From Bacteroidales bacterium UBA5219 (GTDB lineage Bacteria > Bacteroidota > Bacteroidia > Bacteroidales > ML635J-15), in NCBI GenBank assembly GCA_002412425.1, contig DHVB01000054.1, positions 9,245-73,244 of the forward strand: 64,000 bases of DNA, given 5' to 3'. The position numbers were made by a program, and so were the translations under genes. Shown piece by piece: positions 57,489 to 64,000 of the stretch; position 1 is the first letter of the stretch, and each line of letters begins with the position of its first letter. A model generated the notes under the pieces. That model saw only the letters and a list, made by a program, of their open reading frames with translations, did no database searches and was not told the DNA's origin.

Positions 57489-59445
57489 ATCTATATCTAT
57501 AATCTTCTATTTTAGCTTTTTGAATTAATGCTTCAAGTATGTAATCAATTTGTTGATCTTGATTATATAGTCTTGACATAAAATTAATCATAGCTTGATT
57601 TTGTTCATCAGAGAAATCTGTTTTTGAAGGAGCAGTTGTTTTGTTTACTACTTTAACAACAAACACTCCATTATTTCCTTTAAATGGTTTAGAAAGAACA
57701 TTTGTGTCTAATACTGAAGCAACAGCATTTACATTTGGTTCAAATCCAAGACTTGGGATATAACCAGCACCAAAACTTACTGCATTAGCAGAAGCTACTT
57801 CTATTCCGTATTTTTCTGCTATGCTATTCAAATCCATTTTGTTAGATAAATCTTTTTCTAAGTCAGCCAAATATTTTTCAGCTTTTTTATTATCAATAAC
57901 TTTTGGTTCAATTCTTTCTTTAACTAAATCAAATGGCATAGGTCCTACTTCGTAAATACCTTTAAGTTTTGCAATAATAAATTTATCTGTAAAATTGTAA
58001 ACTACAGAAACATCACCTTCTTTAGTTTTGTCGTCAAACGCCCAGCGAACAAGTTCTCTAGCACCTTCTGTTTGTCCAATTTTATCATCTAAATCTCTAA
58101 GTCTAGCTGTGTAATTTACTAGTTGTTCTTTTCTAATAGCTTCGTCAAATTGTTTGCCTGTAGTGTTTTCAGAAGCAAAGTGAGAAGCTTCAGTAAAGTA
58201 ATTATTTACAGTAAGTTCAGAAAATTTAACTTCTTCATAAACAGAAGTTAGAGAAACACGTTTCTTAGGACTTGTTTGGTCTGTTATTTTAAGAATATGA
58301 ACTCCAAAGTCTGTTTTTACAGTTAACAAATCTCCAGTTTTTCCATAAAAACAAGCATCGTTAAATTCTGGAACCATCATACCATAAGTAAACCAATCTA
58401 AATCTCCGCCTCTTTCTGCTGTGCCATCTTCAGAGTTTGTCATAGCAATAAGCTCAAATTCTGTTCCTGCTTTGATAAGAGCTAAAAGAGAATCTGCTTT
58501 TGCTTGGCAATCTTCCCAAGTGAAGTTTTCGTTAGGTCTAATTAAAATATGACTAGCTCTAACAGAATCGGGAACATAATTGATTTCTGATAATTCAGAG
58601 AAAAAATATGATCCATTGTTGAAAAGTATTTGAGATAGGTATCCTACTTCTTCATTAAAAAAGTTTTCTGGTAATCCCATTTGTAACAAATCCATTTCTG
58701 ACAAGTTTTTTTCAGAAACTGTTGGAACTAAACCACCACTAATATGTCTGTCATATTTTGATTTAATTTTTTCAACAGCTTGTAAACTATCTTCTGCTGA
58801 TGGAATTATATTATAAACAACATAGTCAACTTCTCTATATCTTTTTTTATTCATGAACATATGTTGGTGTTCGTTATAATAAGCTTTTAAGTCTTCTTCA
58901 GAAAATTTAACACTCTCATTATCAATGTTTTTGTAAGCTAGCATAATAAATTCTATATCATAAGAATTATTATTTTCCAAATATTCTAATTCTGCGAATT
59001 TAGATGGTTGATAAAAGCCCTTAGCAACCATGTTAGCATATTTTAGTTTCAATATTTGAGGTGTTATTAATTGAAAATATTCTGGTGGAGCACTTTCGCC
59101 ATTATACAATTCGTAAAACTCATCAACACTTAATGCTAATCCAATTTCTTCAAAATATTTGCTCATCAAATGTTTTTGCAAAATTTCTTCCCACACTAAA
59201 TTTCTAAGTTGGTCTTGTTCTATACGTTGTCCTTGCATAGCAAAAAAGTTATTCCACTTGTATTCAATATCATTATACTCTGGAAATTCAACTTTTTTCC
59301 CATTTATTTTTGCTAAAGACATGTCGCTTTTGTTAAACCATCTTATTATTGTATCTTGATCAATAACAAATAGGAATAAGGCAACGCCAACGAAAATTAT
59401 TATTGCTACTCCTGCTCTATTTCTAATCTTTTGTAATACTGCCAT
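57481..59445 (-). CDS. ppiD: PpiD/SurA-like periplasmic chaperone, parvulin-type PPIase
   Basis: MAVLQKIR + TM; RASHIL, GGDL.WF, M..EF, T.FGVHI rotamase motifs. Confidence 0.88.
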   Translation of the reverse strand: MAVLQKIRNRAGVAIIIFVGVALFLFVIDQDTIIRWFNKSDMSLAKINGKKVEFPEYNDIEYKWNNFFAMQGQRIEQDQLRNLVWEEILQKHLMSKYFEEIGLALSVDEFYELYNGESAPPEYFQLITPQILKLKYANMVAKGFYQPSKFAELEYLENNNSYDIEFIMLAYKNIDNESVKFSEEDLKAYYNEHQHMFMNKKRYREVDYVVYNIIPSAEDSLQAVEKIKSKYDRHISGGLVPTVSEKNLSEMDLLQMGLPENFFNEEVGYLSQILFNNGSYFFSELSEINYVPDSVRASHILIRPNENFTWEDCQAKADSLLALIKAGTEFELIAMTNSEDGTAERGGDLDWFTYGMMVPEFNDACFYGKTGDLLTVKTDFGVHILKITDQTSPKKRVSLTSVYEEVKFSELTVNNYFTEASHFASENTTGKQFDEAIRKEQLVNYTARLRDLDDKIGQTEGARELVRWAFDDKTKEGDVSVVYNFTDKFIIAKLKGIYEVGPMPFDLVKERIEPKVIDNKKAEKYLADLEKDLSNKMDLNSIAEKYGIEVASANAVSFGAGYIPSLGFEPNVNAVASVLDTNVLSKPFKGNNGVFVVKVVNKTTAPSKTDFSDEQNQAMINFMSRLYNQDQQIDYILEALIQKAKIEDYRYRYF

Positions 59446-59594
59446 TACTTTAAATTTTAATAAATGTTATAAACTATAATCTTAAAATATTTTCGGTTGC
59501 GAATATAATAAAATATTATTGTATAAAAACAATGAAATAAAAATAATTACGCACAATTGTCTAAAATTTTAATAAAACTGACATTCTGAAATAT

Positions 59595-59658
59595 AAAAAA
59601 ACGAAACAGTCTCATTGTGTTTAAGGCTTTTGACCTGAAAAACTAATAAGACTGTTTC
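59595..59658 (-). terminator. Long-stem terminator after gcvP
   Basis: Minus strand GAAACAGTCTTATT...AATGAGACTGTTTC followed by GTTTTTTT. Confidence 0.75.
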
Positions 59659-59698
59659 AAATCATTAAAAACAATAAATAAAATAGAAAATTATTTTC

Positions 59699-62566
59699 TT
59701 ACATATATGATTCTAATGGTTCACATGTGCAAACAAGATTTCTATCTCCATATCCGCTATCAATTTTTCCGACATAGGGCCAGAATTTATTTTCTTTAAT
59801 CCAAGCTAATGGGAAAGCAGCTTGTTCGCGTGAATATTTGTGATTCCATTCGCTTGCAGTGCATTCAACTTGAGTATGTGGTGCATTTTTCAATGGATTA
59901 TCATCTTTGTCAAATTCGCCGTTTTTAATTGCTTCGCATTCCATTTTAATAGCTTTCATAGCTTCGATAAATCTATCTAATTCTTGTTTTGATTCACTTT
60001 CGGTTGGTTCAACCATTAAGGTTTCGTGAACAGGGAAAGATAGAGTAGGAGCATGGAAGCCATAATCCATTAGTCTGCGAGCAATATCTCCAGCTTCAAC
60101 GCCATAATTTTCGCGGAATTTTCTTAAATCTAAAATCATTTCGTGAGCGCAACGACCAGTTTCTCCAGTGTAAACAACATCGTAATAATCTTTTAGTTCG
60201 TTAGCGATATAATTTGCATTTAAGATTGCGATTTTTGTAGCTTCAGTTAATCCTTCTTCGCCCATCATTTTTACATAAGCAAAAGTAATTGGCAGAACAT
60301 AAACCGAACCATAAGGTGCAGCAGCAACTGCTTTAATTGCATTTTCTCCTCCAGTTTTTACCATAGTATGACCAGGTAAGAATTGTGCTAAATGTTTTGC
60401 TACAGAAATACTTCCAATTCCAGGTCCGCCACCACCGTGAGGACTAGCAAAAGTTTTGTGTAAATTTAAGTGGCAAACGTCAGCTCCGATAAATCCTGGG
60501 TTGGTTATGCCTACTTGAGCATTCATATTTGCACCGTCCATGTAAACTTGACCACCATTTTCGTGAATGATATTTATCATTTCTTTTATTTTTGACTCAT
60601 AAACACCATGAGTTGATGGGTAAGTAATCATTACAGCACTCAAATTGTCTTTATGTTCTACAGCTTTTGCACGTAAATCATCAACATCAACATTACCTTT
60701 TTCGTCGCATTTTACAACAATAACTTGCATTCCTGCCATAACTGCCGATGCTGGGTTTGTCCCGTGTGCTGAAGAAGGAATTAAGCAAATATTTCTATGT
60801 CCTTCGTTTCTTGATTTATGATATTCACGTATTACCATTAAACCAGAATGTTCGCCACTTGCACCAGAATTTGGTTGAACCGAAGTAGCCGCAAAACCTG
60901 TTATTATGCTTAAATCTTTTTCCATTTCAGCAACTAATTCTTTGTAGCCAAGTGCTTGATCTTCTGGCACAAAAGGATGAATGTTGCTTAATTCTGACCA
61001 ACTCAAAGGAAGCATAGAACTAGCAGAATTTAATTTCATTGTACAAGAACCCAAAGCAATCATTGAACGGTTAAGTGCTATATCACGATTTTCTAGTCTT
61101 TTGATATAACGCATCATTTCGCTTTCGCTGTTGTATGAGTTGTAGATTTTGTGTTGGAAAATATTGTCTTCACGTTTGAATTTTAATTCAAAACCTTTAA
61201 AATCTTCAATTTTTTCAACTGGGCGGTAATCTTTTTTATTAGCTGTTGCAAAAATTCTTAGAATTGTATTGATTTCTTCAACAGAAATTAATTCGTCAGT
61301 AGAAATTCCAACATATTTTTCGCAACAATATCTAAAGTTCATTTTGTTTTTTAAAGCAATAGCTTGAATATCTTTAGATTTTAAACCTTCAGGAATTTCA
61401 ACAAAAATGGTGTCGAAAAATTCTTTATGTTTTAACTTATAACCTAATTTTTCGAGTTCAATAGCTAAAAATCTAGCAGCTTTATTTATGTTGTTAGCAA
61501 TTCTTTTCATTCCTTCTGCCCCATGATAAACAACATACATTCCAGCCATTGTAGCTAATAGAGCTTGAGCAGTACAAATATTTGAAGTTGCTTTTTCGCG
61601 TTTTATATGTTGTTCACGAGTTTGTAAAGCCATTCTTAATGCTTGATTTCCGTGTTTATCAATGCTAATTCCAATAATTCTACCTGGCATGCTACGTTTG
61701 TATTTTTCGCGAGTAGAAAGGAAACCTGCATGAGGTCCGCCATATCCCATAGGAATACCGAAGCGTTGAGTTGAACCAACAGCAATATCAGCTCCCCAAG
61801 AAGCAGGCGATTTTAAAAGTACCAAAGCCATTACGTCAACAGCTGCACAAACTAGTATTTCTGATTCGTGAGCTTTGTTAGTAAATTCTGTATAATCATT
61901 AATTTTTCCATCTGATGCAGGGTATTGAACTATTGCACCAAAAGTTTTGTTACAAAGATTAGCTTCTTTGAAATTTCCAACAACAACTTCTACGCCAATA
62001 GGTTCGGCTCTTAATTTAATAACATCTAAAGTTTGTGGAAAAATATTTTCGTCAACAAATAAAACATTTTTATTGTCTTTTACTGCTTGACGTGAGCGAT
62101 TTTCTAACATCATGCTCATTGCTTCTGCAGCAGCAGTAGCTTCGTCTAAAAGCGAAGAGTTTGTAACTTCTAAACCTGTAAGTTCTGTCAAAACAGTTTG
62201 GAAATTTAATAATGCCTCTAAACGACCTTGAGAAATTTCTGCTTGATAAGGAGTGTAAGAAGTGTACCATCCTGGATTTTCGAAAATATTTCTTAAAATT
62301 ACAGAAGGAGTAGCAGTTCCATAATAACCCATACCAATAAATGATCTGTAAATCTTGTTTTTAGAAGCAATTTCTTTAATTTTATTCAAATATTCATACT
62401 CGGTTAAAGCTGGATCTAAGACAAGTTTTTTAGGCAAACGAATATCTTTTGGAACAACTTCATCAATTAATTGGTCTAAAGATGAAACACCAACTTTTTT
62501 CAACATCTCTTGATATTCGCTTTCGCGTGGTCCTAGATGGCGAGAAACAAATTTTTCTTTTATCAT
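59699..62566 (-). CDS. gcvP: Glycine dehydrogenase (decarboxylating), glycine cleavage P protein
   Basis: YTPYQAEISQGRLE, ATSNICTAQ, LGSCTMKLN, HLNLHKTF PLP Lys, EPTESE. Confidence 0.98.
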   Translation of the reverse strand: MIKEKFVSRHLGPRESEYQEMLKKVGVSSLDQLIDEVVPKDIRLPKKLVLDPALTEYEYLNKIKEIASKNKIYRSFIGMGYYGTATPSVILRNIFENPGWYTSYTPYQAEISQGRLEALLNFQTVLTELTGLEVTNSSLLDEATAAAEAMSMMLENRSRQAVKDNKNVLFVDENIFPQTLDVIKLRAEPIGVEVVVGNFKEANLCNKTFGAIVQYPASDGKINDYTEFTNKAHESEILVCAAVDVMALVLLKSPASWGADIAVGSTQRFGIPMGYGGPHAGFLSTREKYKRSMPGRIIGISIDKHGNQALRMALQTREQHIKREKATSNICTAQALLATMAGMYVVYHGAEGMKRIANNINKAARFLAIELEKLGYKLKHKEFFDTIFVEIPEGLKSKDIQAIALKNKMNFRYCCEKYVGISTDELISVEEINTILRIFATANKKDYRPVEKIEDFKGFELKFKREDNIFQHKIYNSYNSESEMMRYIKRLENRDIALNRSMIALGSCTMKLNSASSMLPLSWSELSNIHPFVPEDQALGYKELVAEMEKDLSIITGFAATSVQPNSGASGEHSGLMVIREYHKSRNEGHRNICLIPSSAHGTNPASAVMAGMQVIVVKCDEKGNVDVDDLRAKAVEHKDNLSAVMITYPSTHGVYESKIKEMINIIHENGGQVYMDGANMNAQVGITNPGFIGADVCHLNLHKTFASPHGGGGPGIGSISVAKHLAQFLPGHTMVKTGGENAIKAVAAAPYGSVYVLPITFAYVKMMGEEGLTEATKIAILNANYIANELKDYYDVVYTGETGRCAHEMILDLRKFRENYGVEAGDIARRLMDYGFHAPTLSFPVHETLMVEPTESESKQELDRFIEAMKAIKMECEAIKNGEFDKDDNPLKNAPHTQVECTASEWNHKYSREQAAFPLAWIKENKFWPYVGKIDSGYGDRNLVCTCEPLESYM

Positions 62567-62730
62567 TTTATTATAATTTTATATTGTTACTAAGTTTAAA
62601 TTTTAATTAAGGCAAAATTAAAAATAATTTCCGAAAAAACTAAATCAACTTGCGTGTTTTATAATATAAATTGCTTAGTATTTTTTTAAATTACAAAAAA
62701 ATTATAATTTTGATTTTTAAAATCAAAATT

Positions 62731-63360
62731 ATGCGACTAATTGTATTAAATGTTTGTATGATTATTTTGAGTTTAAATCTTTATTCCCAAATTAATCTTA
62801 GTTTATTGAATGGGCAACAAAAAACATTAGATTCATATGTATTCCGTTCAGATGATGGTGTTGAATATGTTGAATTTACCTTTACAAAACCAAATGGAAA
62901 AGTAAAAACATCATATATTGATTGTGAGTCTATTTATTCGTTGAGTATAGATGGAAAAGATAGTGTTTTTTACTATCCAATGGATAATGAAGAGTTTTCT
63001 CTTGAGCAAATGTCGAGAGTGGTAAATGCTCGTCAACTTGCAATTGCTGATTACAAACCTTGGCTTGCTACTGTTAGTGGTTTGATCGTAGGAAGTGCCT
63101 CTTTATTTATTCCGTTAGATCCGTTTACACGTTTGTTAATTCCTGTTGGTTATGCTATAACAATGGGGTTTGTGAAACCACCAAAGTCTTATGTAGAAAA
63201 ACATTATCCTCAAGCTGTAAACGATGAGTGGTTTGTTTACGGTTATCAAAATGTAGGACGTAAAAAAATATTTAAAAATACTCTTGTCGGCACACTTGGC
63301 GGAGTATTTGTCTCTGGAGTAATTGTTGGAACTCTTTATTTAGTTAATCAAAATAACTAA
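62731..63360 (+). CDS. Hypothetical exported/membrane protein
   Basis: ATG 62731 gives signal YS|Q; C-terminal hydrophobic Gly-rich segments; TAATTTTG box at 62705. Confidence 0.7.
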   Translation: MRLIVLNVCMIILSLNLYSQINLSLLNGQQKTLDSYVFRSDDGVEYVEFTFTKPNGKVKTSYIDCESIYSLSIDGKDSVFYYPMDNEEFSLEQMSRVVNARQLAIADYKPWLATVSGLIVGSASLFIPLDPFTRLLIPVGYAITMGFVKPPKSYVEKHYPQAVNDEWFVYGYQNVGRKKIFKNTLVGTLGGVFVSGVIVGTLYLVNQNN

Positions 63361-63472
63361 AATCAACACATATAAAATATTATGCAAATATTGATTTAAT
63401 TAATTATTTTTGCACTCACAAAATAAAAATGCTTTTTTAACGTTTAATGTATTTTAATTTGATAATATTATA

Positions 63473-64000
63473 ATGAGTTTTTTTCGAAAAATATTGCTTT
63501 TTATTCTAGGCTTACTTTGTGTTTCTATTATTTTTGCTCAAGATAAAAGACTAAAAAGAGCAGACGAAATTTACGAAGCTGGAGAATATTTCAGAGCAAT
63601 AACCGAATACACCAAAATTTTAAGGAAAGAAAAAAATAAAAGTGCAAAAAATGAATTATATTTTAAAATAGGTGATTGTTATTTTAGTCTTGGCGATTAT
63701 AAAAAAGCAAGAAGCAATTATAGACGAACAGTTAAAGTTAGAGAACTTGAAATAGATTCTAAAATTAGATTGGCTGAAATTCAAATTCAAGAAGGTACTT
63801 ACGATGAGGCAATAGCTATTTATCAAGATGTGTTGGAAATGGATCCAAACGATACTGTTGCACAAAAAGGTATAGAATCAGCAAATCTTGCAAAAATGTG
63901 GAGCGAACAAGCTACGCGTTTTAAGGTGGAAAAAATGAAAGAATTTAATTCTAAACGAAATGATTTTTCACCTACAGTTGATGAAAAAGGAGGTTACGAC
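63473..64000 (+). CDS. TPR-containing exported protein, probably of the TPR/PD40/OmpA (PorE-like) family; truncated by the window end
   Basis: Manual translation MSFFRKILLFILGLLCVSIIFA|QDKRLKRADEIYEAGEY..TPR repeats..FNSKRNDFSP; open to the end; TATTTTTG box at 63405. Confidence 0.75.
   Translation, partial: MSFFRKILLFILGLLCVSIIFAQDKRLKRADEIYEAGEYFRAITEYTKILRKEKNKSAKNELYFKIGDCYFSLGDYKKARSNYRRTVKVRELEIDSKIRLAEIQIQEGTYDEAIAIYQDVLEMDPNDTVAQKGIESANLAKMWSEQATRFKVEKMKEFNSKRNDFSPTVDEKGGYD

Noticed and set aside
2800-63865. Numerous short ORF-track entries antisense to or nested within long genes (e.g. 6275-6595, 19589-19945, 49493-49876, 55247-55651, 56350-56793, 63656-63865)
   Set aside because: Shadow frames of well-supported genes, with no motifs or independent expression signals
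1-64000. CRISPR arrays, IS elements, rRNA, and glycine or B12 riboswitches upstream of gcvP and mutA
   Set aside because: No repeat-spacer arrays or transposase motifs seen; the gcvP and mutA leaders are short and AT-rich with no recognisable aptamer

Overview
A very AT-rich, gene-dense chromosomal segment from an anaerobic Bacteroidota, most likely Bacteroidales. The assignment rests on TAnnTTTG sigma-A promoters, T9SS C-terminal sorting domains, signal peptides exposing Gln, an rseC-rnfBCDGEA operon and a two-subunit methylmalonyl-CoA mutase. Most of the window is housekeeping: rpmH, rsmG, mazG, rnf, trkH, ExbBD-TonB, xerD, aroQ, mutAB, two phosphofructokinases, priA, prfB (+1 frameshift), recX, pruA, a pseudouridine synthase, ppiD, gcvP, tRNA-Pro and tRNA-Gln. 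No CRISPR array, rRNA, transposase or prophage is visible. Five observations stand out. (1) An apparent two-gene operon encodes an Arg-gingipain-like C25 protease and a secreted PPAD-like peptidylarginine deiminase, both T9SS cargo, forming a genetically linked 'cut at Arg, then citrullinate' module in a low-GC genome unlike P. gingivalis. (2) An inserted two-gene ABC/AAA ATPase plus PD-(D/E)xK-like nuclease module is a candidate anti-phage system. (3) An accessory envelope cassette includes an outer-membrane barrel gene broken by one TAA exactly where the +1 Gln codon is expected. (4) A GT4 gene probably starts at ATT. (5) PPi-type and ATP-type phosphofructokinases sit head to head. All family assignments come from motif recognition by eye; no searches were run.
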